Source: an uncultured delta proteobacterium
GTDB taxonomy: Bacteria > Desulfobacterota > Binatia > UBA9968
Assembly: GCA_963737905.1 (NCBI GenBank)
Contig: CAVTUQ010000025.1
Coordinates: 160,001-224,000 of the forward strand
DNA length: 64,000 nt
Reading direction: 5' to 3'
In this document: piece by piece, positions 9,151 to 20,016 of the stretch
Position numbering within the stretch: position 1 is the first letter of the stretch
Layout: each line of letters starts with the position of its first letter
The notes under the pieces: generated by a model
What the model was told of the DNA's origin: nothing
The model's input: only the letters and a program-made list of their open reading frames with translations
Database searches by the model: none
Program-made: the position numbers and the translations under genes

Positions 9151-11373
9151 TCAGGTTGATGATTTCTGTTGCTTCAATGCCCGCCACACCCGCTCCGGAG
9201 TGAGCGGGAGATCCCTTATGCGGACACCCGTGGCTCGGGCAAAGGCGTTCGTCACCGACGGGGCTACCGAAAGAAGTCCTCCCTCACCCATACCTCGGAC
9301 GCCGTAGGGACCAGGCCCGTCGTGGTTTTCCACGAGGACCGTGTGAAATTCTTCCGGTATATCGCTGAAGCTGGGCACTCGATAGTCCACAAGATTCGGA
9401 TTAAGTAACTGCCCGTTCTGATCGTACACCATCTGCTCAAAAAACGTGTGGCCAATCCCCATCATCACCGCACCCTCTTCCTGGCCTACGCAACCTTCGG
9501 GGTGAATGGCCCTTCCGACATCGGCCACCGAGACAAGCCGCTTGATCCGTACTTCTCCGGTCTCCTCGTCAACGTCCAACTCCACCATTCCCATACCTAC
9601 TTCCCAAAACACGGGTAACTTGTTGTCCGTGATATCGGGGCCCGTCTCTCCCGTCCCGATGAGCTCGCCTCCCCCCCCCTTACCGAAGCGCCGCTCCAAC
9701 ACCTCCTTGAAATCCAAGCGGGCTTCGCCGCAAACCAGCGCGCCATCCTGTAGCTTCACTTGGCCTTGGGGCGCGCGAAATGCCTCGGCGGCGATTTTGA
9801 TGAGCTGCTTCTTCAGATCCCGTGTCGCGGCCTGCACCGCGTTGCCCATACAAGTCGTCGAACGGCTGGAACCGGTGGAGCTATCATAGGGGGTGACTTT
9901 TGTATCCGTGCCTAGGATGCGAATCTGATCCAAAGGGACCGTAAGCTCTTCAGCCGCGATCTGCGAAAGAACCGTTCGCACGCCTTGACCCATTTCGGTG
10001 CTGCCGGCCAGGATATTCACGACTCCGTCTGATTGCATGCGGGCCATCGCAACTGAGACCGGCGTTGCACCCGCATTCGTCACAGCGCAGGCGAGGCCCA
10101 CGGGAGCGCGTTTTTTCTTCGCCGACCTTTTCCACTGGCTCGCGTTGATGAGCTTTTTTATTCCTGAAGCCAAATTGGCATCGATGCCTTTCAATCCCGG
10201 ACGCAGCTCTTGACCCGTTTTTAATAAATTCTTGAGTCGGAGCTCCGCCGGGTCCATTCCCAAACCAGCCGCCGCGATGTCGATCTGAGATTCGCCGGCG
10301 AAGATCACCTGAGGTGCCCCGATAGCGCGAAAAGATCCTGCGGAGCCGGAATTGGTGTAAACGGAGTAGGCGTTGGTCAGGATATTGGGAATCCGATAAG
10401 GGCCCAAAATGCGCGTCGCCGCGCGAATCGTCACCTGTGGCCCATTGTCGTCGTAGGCACCCGTATCCAGATAAATCTCGGCCTCCCGTGCCATGAGGGT
10501 ACCGTCTTGTTTGAAACCAGTTTTAACCCTGACCCTGGCCGAGTGGCGCCGCACCGTCAGCATCGAATCAGAAACGGAATTGCACACGCGTACCGGCGCG
10601 CGAGCCTTGCGCGCGAGCGCCACCACCAGCGGTTCAAATTTCGTGTAGGACTTGCTGCCGTAGCCGCCTCCTAAATAGGAAATCACCATCCGAACTCGAG
10701 ATGGCGCAATGTGAAATAGTTTGGCAATGTCGTTACGTACCTGGAACGGATGTTGCGCCGAAGACCAGACCGTCACACCCTCATCGTTCCAATGGGCGAT
10801 CACAGAGTGAGGCTCCATGGCGTAGTGATAGACCATGGGGAACGTAAATTGATCCTCGACGACCAGATCGGACTGAGCGAACCCTTCCTGTATGTTGCCT
10901 CGTTCGACCCGTTCATGGCTACAGATGTTGTCACTGTGATCTTCATGTATCAGCGGTGCGCCGCTGGCGCGGGCGAGGTCGATCCCGATGACCGGGGGCA
11001 GCTCTTCGTATTTCACGTCGATGAGCGATATCGCCTCGTCAGCCGTTGCCAAATCGGCTGCCGCCACCGCCGCCACTGGCTCGCCGACGTAACGCACTTT
11101 ATTCACACCAATGACCGGCCGACCATTGTAAGCGGGAACAACGTCACCAAGATCGACGGCCGTGAGCACCGCTGCGACCCCGGGTAAAGCCTCTGCCTTC
11201 GAGGTGTCAATGGAAAGAATCCGCGCATGGGGATAGACGCTCCGCAGAATCTTGCCATGAAGCATACCCGGAACGATCAAGTCCCCGAGGAACTTCGCTT
11301 GGCCCGTAACCTTTTCAATTCCGTCGACCCGCGGGACGCTGTGACCTACGTACTTCAATCGTCGCGTTGACAT
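9151..11373 (-). CDS. xanthine dehydrogenase family molybdopterin-binding subunit
   Basis: RVDG..KVTG, GGGYGSK, SFRAIGAPQ, EMGQG, GMGEG. Confidence 0.92.
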   Translation of the reverse strand: MSTRRLKYVGHSVPRVDGIEKVTGQAKFLGDLIVPGMLHGKILRSVYPHARILSIDTSKAEALPGVAAVLTAVDLGDVVPAYNGRPVIGVNKVRYVGEPVAAVAAADLATADEAISLIDVKYEELPPVIGIDLARASGAPLIHEDHSDNICSHERVERGNIQEGFAQSDLVVEDQFTFPMVYHYAMEPHSVIAHWNDEGVTVWSSAQHPFQVRNDIAKLFHIAPSRVRMVISYLGGGYGSKSYTKFEPLVVALARKARAPVRVCNSVSDSMLTVRRHSARVRVKTGFKQDGTLMAREAEIYLDTGAYDDNGPQVTIRAATRILGPYRIPNILTNAYSVYTNSGSAGSFRAIGAPQVIFAGESQIDIAAAGLGMDPAELRLKNLLKTGQELRPGLKGIDANLASGIKKLINASQWKRSAKKKRAPVGLACAVTNAGATPVSVAMARMQSDGVVNILAGSTEMGQGVRTVLSQIAAEELTVPLDQIRILGTDTKVTPYDSSTGSSRSTTCMGNAVQAATRDLKKQLIKIAAEAFRAPQGQVKLQDGALVCGEARLDFKEVLERRFGKGGGGELIGTGETGPDITDNKLPVFWEVGMGMVELDVDEETGEVRIKRLVSVADVGRAIHPEGCVGQEEGAVMMGIGHTFFEQMVYDQNGQLLNPNLVDYRVPSFSDIPEEFHTVLVENHDGPGPYGVRGMGEGGLLSVAPSVTNAFARATGVRIRDLPLTPERVWRALKQQKSST

Positions 11374-11487
11374 CAACACTCCAAATTTAAGCCATCACCC
11401 ATCGAAACTAACAAAGCGCTATTGCCAGTGCAACAAAACCTACCTCCCGGTAGGATTTTTCTCGCGTTTGATCTATATTTTCCGATC

Positions 11488-12183
11488 ATGCGCTTCCCGT
11501 CCCGTTTGATCCGCGGAACCTTGATCCAACGCTACCAACGTTTTCTAGCTGACGTTCGCCTGGCCAGCGGCGAGATTGTCACGGCTCATTGCACCAATAC
11601 AGGTAGTATGACGGGCTGCAAGGAGCCCGGCAGCGTGGTGTATATCTCACGGAGCGACAAAGAAAGCCGGCGGCTCCTTTACACCTGGGAAATCATCGGA
11701 GTCGGCCGAACTTGGGTGGGCATCAACACGATGCATCCGAATCGGCTTGTGGCAGAAGCCGTCGCAAGCGGCGAGATTCGGGAGCTAAAAGGCTACGACG
11801 CTATCCGCCGTGAAGTCGTCACCCGTCAAGGGACACGGCTGGATCTTTGCCTGGAAGGAAGTAACGGTCTCTGTTTCGTGGAAGTAAAGAACGTCACCCT
11901 TACGGTCGACGGGGCGGCAGCGTTTCCCGATGCGGTCAGCGAGCGCGGGAAAAAACACCTGAAGGAACTTATGTGGCTTCGGCGCAAAGGCCATCGTGCT
12001 GCGGTAGTGTTTGTAATCCAGCGCAATGATTGCAGCGTGTTCAGGCCCGCCGACGAAATTGACGAGGAGTATGGCCGCTGGTTACGCAGAGCGGTCAAGG
12101 CCGGAGTGGAGGTATTGCCGTACCGCGCGCACGTGACACCCAAAGAAATTGTTCTTACCGAACGTCTTCCAGTTAGACTCTAA
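11488..12183 (+). CDS. sfsA: DNA/RNA nuclease SfsA
   Basis: RYQRFLADV, HCTNTGSM, VEVK, FPDAVSERG.KHL. Confidence 0.93.
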   Translation: MRFPSRLIRGTLIQRYQRFLADVRLASGEIVTAHCTNTGSMTGCKEPGSVVYISRSDKESRRLLYTWEIIGVGRTWVGINTMHPNRLVAEAVASGEIRELKGYDAIRREVVTRQGTRLDLCLEGSNGLCFVEVKNVTLTVDGAAAFPDAVSERGKKHLKELMWLRRKGHRAAVVFVIQRNDCSVFRPADEIDEEYGRWLRRAVKAGVEVLPYRAHVTPKEIVLTERLPVRL

Positions 12184-12227
12184 CCGCCACGTGTGGAAAT
12201 AGGTATCTCAAGCCAGCATCGTTCGCC

Positions 12228-13025
12228 TTACTCGCCTCCGTTCACGTCAATAATGGCTCCATTAACAAAGCTGGCGGCGTCCGACGCCAGAAATAGAGCC
12301 ACGCTGGCTACTTCATCAGCATTGCCGGCCCGTCCGAGTGCAATCTTTTTTACCGCTTCGGCTGCCAGTTCCTGTCGATTAGTACCCTGCGGTCGAGGCG
12401 TGTCGATAATGCCTGGAGCAATGCAGTTGACGCGTACTTCCGGCCCCCATTGGTGAGCCATGTGAACGGTCAAGTTCATTACAGCAGCCTTGGCACAACC
12501 ATAGGCAGCCATGTCCGCTCTTTCCTTTTTGGTTCCGCGCCCGGAGATCGATCCAATATTGATGACGCTCCCTTTTCCGGAAGCTTTCATAGCGGGCACA
12601 ACGGCCTTGGCACAAAGAAAAGCGCTCTTGGTGTTGACTTCATAAGCCATCACAAAATCTTCAGGAGACAGTTCGAGCAAAGGAGCGCGTTTGAATGAGG
12701 GCATGTACGGGTTTCGGCTATAAGAGCCTCCGGCTACATTAACTAGAACATCTACACGGCCAAACTTTGAAAGAGTTTGGTCAACCATGGACCTTACCTG
12801 CCCGGCATTTGAAACGTCGATCGACAACCCGAAGCCTTCGACCCCCATCGCTTCCGCTTCCTGCACCACGGGAGGCACCGAGTCGGGGGGAAGAGATGCG
12901 ATGACAATGTTGGCGCCGGCTTTTGCAAACGCGCGGGCGCAAGCCCTTCCTATGCCACCACTGCCACCGGTAATAATGGCCGTCCGACCTTCCAGGGAAA
13001 ATCGCGATAGATCGATCTTATGCAC
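12228..13025 (-). CDS. SDR family oxidoreductase
   Basis: TGGSGGIG, YGCAK, VNCIAPG. Confidence 0.92.
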   Translation of the reverse strand: MHKIDLSRFSLEGRTAIITGGSGGIGRACARAFAKAGANIVIASLPPDSVPPVVQEAEAMGVEGFGLSIDVSNAGQVRSMVDQTLSKFGRVDVLVNVAGGSYSRNPYMPSFKRAPLLELSPEDFVMAYEVNTKSAFLCAKAVVPAMKASGKGSVINIGSISGRGTKKERADMAAYGCAKAAVMNLTVHMAHQWGPEVRVNCIAPGIIDTPRPQGTNRQELAAEAVKKIALGRAGNADEVASVALFLASDAASFVNGAIIDVNGGE

Positions 13026-13130
13026 GGCAGTCTCCTTCTAGCGCAGTTCCTGCTTTAAACAGTGTCACACTGAATCTTGTGAGGTCTGTCTTGCAAGCTT
13101 TTATACTAGGACCTATCAAGTAAAGGTAGG

Positions 13131-13306
13131 CGTTATGTTATCAACAAAGCCGGCAACGATTGGGTGGTTACGGCCACGGACTTCTCGCACGGCGATGCTT
13201 TCCCCCAGGACCAGCTCGCCAATGGCCTGAAAGCTCGCGGCGATTTGAGCGACCAAACGATAGAAAAATTCTTTGTGCCAATCCGCAACGGTTTTATCAC
13301 TTCTAG
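13131..13306 (+). pseudogene. C-terminal remnant of an amidohydrolase_2-like gene
   Basis: YVINKAGNDWVVTATDFSHGDAF...RGDLSDQTIEK, then (shift) ILCANPQRFYHF*; in-frame stop just upstream and no start. Confidence 0.55.
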
Positions 13307-13323
13307 CAGACAATTTGCCGCCC

Positions 13324-15386
13324 CTACTCGCCCCATAGCTCTTGGATTAAGAAGGTATAGCCTAACGCAGACATGGTGGCGGCCTGCTGGTTGTCGGCTG
13401 CGCCGCTGTGCCCGCCTTCGATGTTCTCGAAATAAAGAACATCGTGGCCCTGCTCCTTCATTTTCGCGAACATCTTTCTGGCATGTCCAGGGTGGACCCG
13501 GTCGTCTCGGGTCGAGGTCATAAAAAGAACGCGGGGATATTTCCGATCCTTCCCAACCTTTTGATATGGGGAATACTGGCTGATGTAAGACCAATCTTCC
13601 GCCTTTTCCGGATCGCCGTATTCATCCACCCAACTCGCTCCCGCCAACAGTTTGTGAAAACGTTTCATGTCAAGGAGCGGCATCTGGCAAACCACCGCTT
13701 TGAAAAGGTCGGGACGTTGCGTGAGCATGACTCCCATCAGCAACCCGCCGTTCGAGCCGCCTTGAATAGCCAAATGCCGTGGCGAGGTCACTTTGCGGGC
13801 GATCAAATCCTCGGCCACCGCGATGAAGTCGTCGTACGCGCGTTGGCGATTCTCTTTCCGAGCCGCGTAGTGCCAGTTCGGTCCAAACTCATGACCACCG
13901 CGTATATTGGCCACAACGTAAATGCCGCCGGGCTCCAACCAAGCGGCGCCGACTGACGGAGTATAATTCGGAAGCAACGAAACTCCAAAGCCCCCATAGC
14001 CGTACAGCAACGCAGGATTTTTTCCATCTAGACGCAGGCTCTTTCGGCTGACTTCAAAATAAGGGATTTTGGTTCCGTCTTTCGATACCGCCTCGTGCTG
14101 GCTTACCTGCAAACTATCCACAGCAAAAAAAGCTGGAAGGCTTTTTAGCTTTTCCTGCCGTGGCCGGCCGATCATGCCAAAATAAAGACTCGACGGCGTG
14201 AGGAAATCTGTCACGGTCAGAAAGTAGTCATCGGATTCGTCGGGATCGATACCGTGCATGCCGATTGAGCCGAAACCCGGGGCTTGCAGCGATTCCCGTA
14301 TCCATTGCCCGGCATCGTGCTTCATCACAAACAATTTGTTCCGGACGTTTTCCAGTTCATTTAAAATCAAATAACTCTTTGTTGCGCCCAGGCTCGCCAG
14401 AAACTTGCGCTCGGTGGGTTCAAACAGCACGGCAAAACAGCGGTCGCCTTTCAGATAGGCCTCGAAATCGGCAGCGAGCAGAGCACCCGCCGGGTACATC
14501 CTTTCGCCGATCGACCAATCAGAGCGTAGACGTAGAAGTATCTGGTCACCGAAGGTGTCGAGCTGTGCGTCATCCGGCTTATCGATCTTTGCCCATTCAT
14601 CGCCGAGGCGGATATACACTTTATTCGTAAAAAACGTTATCCGGCGCCAAACGAATTCATAGATGCGGCCGTGGTCGTGCGCCACCACTGCGCTCACGCT
14701 GACGTCTTCAGGTTGTCCTTCCAAAATGGTTATCGCGTCTTTTAATTCAGACTGAGCGCTTCCATTCCTTGACGATGCGCGGATATCCGGAGCGAGTGAG
14801 TGACCCCGGACCGAAGTCGGTTCCCACGTAAAGCGCGTCACGGTTTCGCCAGCGTCGCGCCGGTCTTGGCTTCCGGTAAAAGGAATCCGTCGGAGATAAA
14901 TTCTTTTGTGTTCAGGTCAAATTCCCGCACGACAGCCGCGTCCGCTCCGCCGCGGGAAAGAAAAATAAGCGCACGATCGTAAGTCGGTCGCAGTACATCA
15001 GAGCCCTTCCAAACCCAGTTCTCGTCTTCGGCCTTCCCCAGCTGGTCGAGGTCAAGCACGGTCTCCCATGCCGGATCGGCCTTCCTGTACTCCTCGAGTG
15101 TCGTTCGCCGCCACAATCCCCGCACATGGGCGGCGTCCCGCCAGAAATTGTAGTAGCGAGCGCCGTGTTTGTCGACATGGGGAATACGCTCTTTCGAATC
15201 AAAGATCGCCACCAGACGTCGGCGCAGGGTTTCGAAATCACTCGACACTCCCAGCTGCCGCACAGTTGCGGCGTTTTGTTCCCTGACCCAAGCCAACGAT
15301 CGCTCACTGGTAATATCCTCCAACCACAGGTATGGATCATCGCCAGTCTTTAGATCGATGGCTGAAGTCTGCGGCGTCGGCTTCAT
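13324..15386 (-). pseudogene. prolyl oligopeptidase (S9A) split by two frameshifts (~14852, ~14755)
   Basis: DPYLWLED N-terminus; GGSNGG, DDRV, GGH triad motifs; bridging frame WRNRDALYVGTDFGPGSLTRSGYPRIVKEWKR. Confidence 0.85.
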
Positions 15387-15434
15387 GAGTGCATGTTCTC
15401 TTGATCTCGATAGGGCGATTGCCCCCCTGGGATC

Positions 15435-15461
15435 GTTCAAACGGTTCAAACTGTTTAAGTC
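15435..15461. repeat. 9-bp tandem micro-repeat (GTTCAANNN x3)
   Basis: gttcaaacg gttcaaact gtttaagtc; reverse complement of the unit at 24688-24723. Confidence 0.55.
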
Positions 15462-15504
15462 GGCTTCCTGCTTCGCATCGCCCTTACAACTCATCTTACC
15501 GCGT

Positions 15505-15543
15505 GAAAAAGAAAAGGGTAGCTGCTGAGCAGCTACCCTTTTC
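15505..15543 (-). terminator. intrinsic terminator after UbiD gene
   Basis: GAAAAGGGTAGCTGCT/AGCAGCTACCCTTTTC inverted repeat with T-tract on minus strand. Confidence 0.85.
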
Positions 15544-15565
15544 AACTAGCAAACTACGAAGCGCC

Positions 15566-17053
15566 TTAGCCTTCGATCACTTTCTTCCACTTCGCGCGAA
15601 TCTTCTCCTTCAGTTCCGGAGTGGATTCCGCGACCGGCGGGAAATCCTTCATCCATTCAAACGGACGGCAGGCATCGATGACAGCGCGGGAGTTGAAGCC
15701 CTTCTTGCCCGGTTGAATTCGCGGATCCAGCGGGCCGCTCCAGCAGCGGCGCAAGATCTCGATGGACTCAACGGGATCCGAGCGGCTGGCCAACGCCCAA
15801 ATAACGTCGAACGTATTGGTCGGATCAATATCCTCGTCAACGACGATGACATAGCGGCCCAAATAGGCACCCGCGTGGACCTGTGAAGCAGCGAGCATCG
15901 CCTGTCGCGCATGGCCTGGATATCGCTGTTTGATGGAGATGATGTTGAACAAGCGGCCCCCGCCCGCCTCGTGGCACCATACGCCCTTAACATCGGGCAC
16001 GCCGCATTTCTCAACCTGCTCCCAGATGAGCGCCGATTTCACCATGCATTTGGCAATGGAATAATCCGATGGCGGGCGGCCGGGTCGAGCACACGTGAGG
16101 ATTGGATCGTTGCGATAATAGATGTTTTGCACACGAACCACAGGCTCCGGCCGGCTGGAGCTCGCGTAGTATCCCGTCCATTCACCAAACGGACCCTCGG
16201 TCTTGCGATCACTAGGGTCCATGAATCCTTCGATGACGATTTCGGCATGGGCCGGGAAGGGTAGCCCGGTGGCTTTGCCTTCGATCACCTCGATAGGCGA
16301 TCCCTTCAACCCACCGGCGTAGTCGAATTCCGAAACGCCGTAGTCAATCTCGTTACCTGAGACCATAAAAAGGACCGGGTCTTGACCGACCGAGATGATA
16401 ACCGGGCACGGTTTACCCTTCTCGAAGTATTTCGACCGCTGGATGGTGCCATGTTTACCGGGGGATATGTAGCAGCTCATGCTCTTTTCGTCTTGCACCA
16501 TCCCGCGGTAGGCGCCGAAGTTGACCCAGCCCTCTTCCGGATCGCGGGTAATAACAAGACAAGCCGTGCCGATAAAGCGTCCGCCATCCAGTTCGTGAAT
16601 TAGTGGAACCGGGAATTTGAGAAGGTTGACGTCGTCACCCGACATCACGTTCTCCAGGATCGGGCCCTTCGTGACGGTCTTGGCCGGAATTGGCTGGTGA
16701 GTTACCAGCTTCTGGCGCAGCGCCCGAACTAAATCCAAGTTGGCAAGATCCATCGGCAAACCCAGATTCAAAGCCATCCGCTTAAACGAAGCGTTCTGAG
16801 CGAAAAGAGTCCGGTAACCTTTGGGATAACCCTTGATGTTATCGAACAAAACCGCTGCAACCGGCCCTTTGCTTTCGCGGGCAATCAGCTCCGACAACGT
16901 CCCCATCTCCAGATTCCAATCGACACCATCAACCTTTTTGAGCTCACCAAAGCTATCGACTATTTCCAGCCACTCGCGCAGGTCTGTGTAGCTCGGAGTT
17001 TTTCCGGCTCTTATATCTTCTTCGGCGAGCTTTCGCGCTTCCAATGCAGTCAT
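15566..17053 (-). CDS. UbiD family (prFMN-dependent) decarboxylase
   Basis: DLREWL, DGGRFIGT, EGPFGEWTGY, VVDEDID, IDAC. Confidence 0.93.
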   Translation of the reverse strand: MTALEARKLAEEDIRAGKTPSYTDLREWLEIVDSFGELKKVDGVDWNLEMGTLSELIARESKGPVAAVLFDNIKGYPKGYRTLFAQNASFKRMALNLGLPMDLANLDLVRALRQKLVTHQPIPAKTVTKGPILENVMSGDDVNLLKFPVPLIHELDGGRFIGTACLVITRDPEEGWVNFGAYRGMVQDEKSMSCYISPGKHGTIQRSKYFEKGKPCPVIISVGQDPVLFMVSGNEIDYGVSEFDYAGGLKGSPIEVIEGKATGLPFPAHAEIVIEGFMDPSDRKTEGPFGEWTGYYASSSRPEPVVRVQNIYYRNDPILTCARPGRPPSDYSIAKCMVKSALIWEQVEKCGVPDVKGVWCHEAGGGRLFNIISIKQRYPGHARQAMLAASQVHAGAYLGRYVIVVDEDIDPTNTFDVIWALASRSDPVESIEILRRCWSGPLDPRIQPGKKGFNSRAVIDACRPFEWMKDFPPVAESTPELKEKIRAKWKKVIEG

Positions 17054-17091
17054 AGATTTGAATCTCCTTTCACGAAAACCGATCGTGTATT

Positions 17092-18240
17092 TTAGTCGCC
17101 CAATATACTTTCATCAATACCTTCCGTATCATCCGCAGGTAGACCATTGCAACTCTTGGGATCCAAGTGGAGATAGACCTTCTCTCCCGGGCTGATGCTG
17201 TGAAAGGGATGGGTATGGACAGCCAAAACGTCATCCCCTACAGCGATCTTGCAATGATAAGCGTCGCCCATGAAAATCGCCTCTTTGACCGTTCCTTCGA
17301 CCACGTTTTCTAGCGAGTGCGGCTTTTCTTTATGCACCGGGATATTTTCCGGCCGGATCGAAATGACCGCAGCTTGGTCCTTTTTCAGGCCCGGTGCCGG
17401 GATGAAGCTTAGGACGCCTTTTTTTGTCTCCATTTTGCCGGGCATGGAATCCCCGTCCACCTCCAGCACTTTGCCTGCGATCAAGTTCGTAAGCCCCAAA
17501 AAGGTCGCCGTAAACCTTCGCTTCGGACGACTGTAAAGCTGATGCGGCGAGCCTATTTCAATGAGTTTCCCGCCGTGCATGACGGCGATCTGGTCCGAAA
17601 TGGCCAAGGCTTCTGCCTGATCGTGGGTCACGAAGATCGTCGTAATGCTGGTTCTTCGTTGCAATGCCTTAATTTCAGACCTCATCTGGACACGCAACTT
17701 CGCATCGAGGTTACTCAACGGTTCATCCAACAACATGACCTTGGGCTCGTTTACCAGGGCTCGGGCAAAGGCGACCCGCTGCTGCTGACCACCGGAGAGC
17801 TTCGGAGCAGGCCGATCTTCCAGCCCGTCGAGACCGACAATCTTTAGCACATCAATCACCCTCTTTTTGATCTCGGCCTTTGGCCGGCGTTGAATCGTCA
17901 AGGGATAAGCAACGTTCTCGGCCACGGTCATATGCGGCCAGATCGCATAGGATTGGAAAACCATGCCAATGGGTCTCTTGTTCGTGGGAACGTAAACCCG
18001 CTCACCAGAGGCGAAAACGGTTTGACTTCCTATGTTTATCTTACCCCCGTCCGGTCGTTCCAAACCCGCAACACAACGAAGAGTTGTGGTCTTGCCGCAT
18101 CCGCTCGGACCCAAGAACGTATAGAGAGAACCCTCGGGAATGTTAAGCGAAACACCCTTGAGGACATGCACTCGCTCCTTGTCTTCGCCAAAGTATTTTT
18201 CCAAGGAATCGATCTGCACCATATCTCTTTTCTCTGCCAT
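17092..18240 (-). CDS. ABC transporter ATP-binding protein (Fe3+/polyamine type, TOBE tail)
   Basis: GPSGCGKT, LSGGQQQR, LLDEPLSNLD. Confidence 0.92.
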   Translation of the reverse strand: MAEKRDMVQIDSLEKYFGEDKERVHVLKGVSLNIPEGSLYTFLGPSGCGKTTTLRCVAGLERPDGGKINIGSQTVFASGERVYVPTNKRPIGMVFQSYAIWPHMTVAENVAYPLTIQRRPKAEIKKRVIDVLKIVGLDGLEDRPAPKLSGGQQQRVAFARALVNEPKVMLLDEPLSNLDAKLRVQMRSEIKALQRRTSITTIFVTHDQAEALAISDQIAVMHGGKLIEIGSPHQLYSRPKRRFTATFLGLTNLIAGKVLEVDGDSMPGKMETKKGVLSFIPAPGLKKDQAAVISIRPENIPVHKEKPHSLENVVEGTVKEAIFMGDAYHCKIAVGDDVLAVHTHPFHSISPGEKVYLHLDPKSCNGLPADDTEGIDESILGD

Positions 18241-18301
18241 TGCGCCTCCCGAATTCGTCAACTGTCATGAGCCGCCAAACCATCACGTTTTGAATGATTC
18301 T

Positions 18302-19993
18302 CTATTCCGCGATCCCTATTTTGGCGCCTAGCCTACGCGCGGTAAATGCCATCACGAGGAGCAATAAGACCATCAACACTCCTAACGCACACACATAGGT
18401 GTATTGACCGCCCTCCCATAAGTCAAATGCCATGATAGAAAGCACCGTGCTGTTGTACGAGTAAAGTAAGATCGAGGTTGAAAGTTCCCGCAGTGCAATG
18501 ATGCTGATATAGATCCAGCCCGCGGTGAAACCTGGCATCAAAAGCGGCAGAATGACTTTTCTGAAAGTTTGAAACCAGGTGCCGCCCGCAGTCAGTGAAG
18601 CCTCCTCGAGTTCCTTGTTAATTTGGATCATCGAAGCCGATGCGGCCCGAATACCGTAGGGCATGAACTTGGTGATGTAGGCCAAAAGCAAAACCCAAAT
18701 AGTTCCGTAGATCGGAATCGGCAAGGTCAAATAGACCCAGATGAGACTCACCCCCAGGACGATTCCCGGCATGGCGATTGGGATAAATGTCATGTTATCC
18801 AGCAGTGCCCGCCCCGGTAATTTTGTTTTGACCGTGATCCAGGCGATGACCGAGGTCAGCAGCATCACCACGGTGGCCGAGCCCACGGATAGATAAAAGC
18901 TATTCTTAAACGCGGTTAACGCCAGCGGATAGTTCAAAATATAGTGAAAGTTTGCCCAGGTCATTTTTCCCATGAGCTCGCGAGACGGTACGCCGTAATA
19001 GGGAATGAACGAAGACCACAAAAGAACAAAGACCGGAAAAATCACTGCGAGGAAAAATATCAGGAAAGAAATCCCGCAAGTCAGGTATTTCCATCCACCC
19101 AGGTCTATGACTCGCGGCCGATAGCCTTTGCCGGTCACTGTGGCGTAGCGATCCTCCCTACGCGTGATTCTTCCGTAAATCAGCACGCCGGTGGTGCTAA
19201 TCAGCAGCAGCGTCACCGCATAAGCACCTGCCAAACCGAAATCCGACGGGAATTGGTGAATGGCGAGAAAAATCTTGGTGGTAAACACCGAGATCTTGGC
19301 CGGCACGCCGACCAAGGCCGGGACTTCGAAAGCTTCGATGCCACGGATGAAGATGACCAAAAGCACACTGAACATAGCGGGTCGCATGAGCGGCAGGGTA
19401 ACCTTTCTGAAGGTCGTAAACGTGCTCGAACCTGCGGTCAGAGCCGCCTCTTCCAAGGAGGTATCCATGTTACGGAAAGCGGCAGACATGAGAAGAAAAA
19501 CCAGCGGATAGAGATGAATAGACTCAGCCCAGATCATCCCCCACATGGAATAGATGTTGAAGGGTGCAGACTCCAGGCCTAACAATCCTTTAATGACGAG
19601 GTTAATCAACCCGATTTTCGGGCTGAGCAAAAGGATCCAGGAGATCGTGCTGAGAATTCCAGGAATGATGAACGGGATCAGCGCCATCACCACGAAGAGT
19701 TTTTTGAATGGTGTGTTAGTTCGTTCGCTAACCCAAGCTAGAAACGTTCCGATCAAAGAAGTGACGATGCAGGTGCCCAAGCCATAGTAGATGGAGTTCA
19801 GAAAAAGTAAGTAAAACTCCTTATCGAAGTAGGCCTTGACGTAGTTCTGTATAGTAAAGGTTGCTCCGGGCTCCCCGATCGGCGCGCTCCGGATGCTACC
19901 GTAGAGGAGCATGAGGAGCGGCACGCCTGCCAGATAAAGAACAAAAAGCGTCGCCCCTATGAGAATGAGGGTCTGGGAGTTAAACCTCCGCAC
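18302..19993 (-). CDS. ABC transporter fused double permease (FbpB type)
   Basis: About 12 TM; two EAA motifs (LEEAA, LEEAS). Confidence 0.92.
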   Translation of the reverse strand: MRRFNSQTLILIGATLFVLYLAGVPLLMLLYGSIRSAPIGEPGATFTIQNYVKAYFDKEFYLLFLNSIYYGLGTCIVTSLIGTFLAWVSERTNTPFKKLFVVMALIPFIIPGILSTISWILLLSPKIGLINLVIKGLLGLESAPFNIYSMWGMIWAESIHLYPLVFLLMSAAFRNMDTSLEEAALTAGSSTFTTFRKVTLPLMRPAMFSVLLVIFIRGIEAFEVPALVGVPAKISVFTTKIFLAIHQFPSDFGLAGAYAVTLLLISTTGVLIYGRITRREDRYATVTGKGYRPRVIDLGGWKYLTCGISFLIFFLAVIFPVFVLLWSSFIPYYGVPSRELMGKMTWANFHYILNYPLALTAFKNSFYLSVGSATVVMLLTSVIAWITVKTKLPGRALLDNMTFIPIAMPGIVLGVSLIWVYLTLPIPIYGTIWVLLLAYITKFMPYGIRAASASMIQINKELEEASLTAGGTWFQTFRKVILPLLMPGFTAGWIYISIIALRELSTSILLYSYNSTVLSIMAFDLWEGGQYTYVCALGVLMVLLLLVMAFTARRLGAKIGIAE

Positions 19994-20016
19994 CCACTTG
20001 TTCCTCCCGGAGATCG

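Noticed and set aside
14838-15545. Separate 235-aa gene with a long N-terminus
   Set aside because: It is the 5' part of the frameshifted peptidase; the extension runs through a repeat and a terminator
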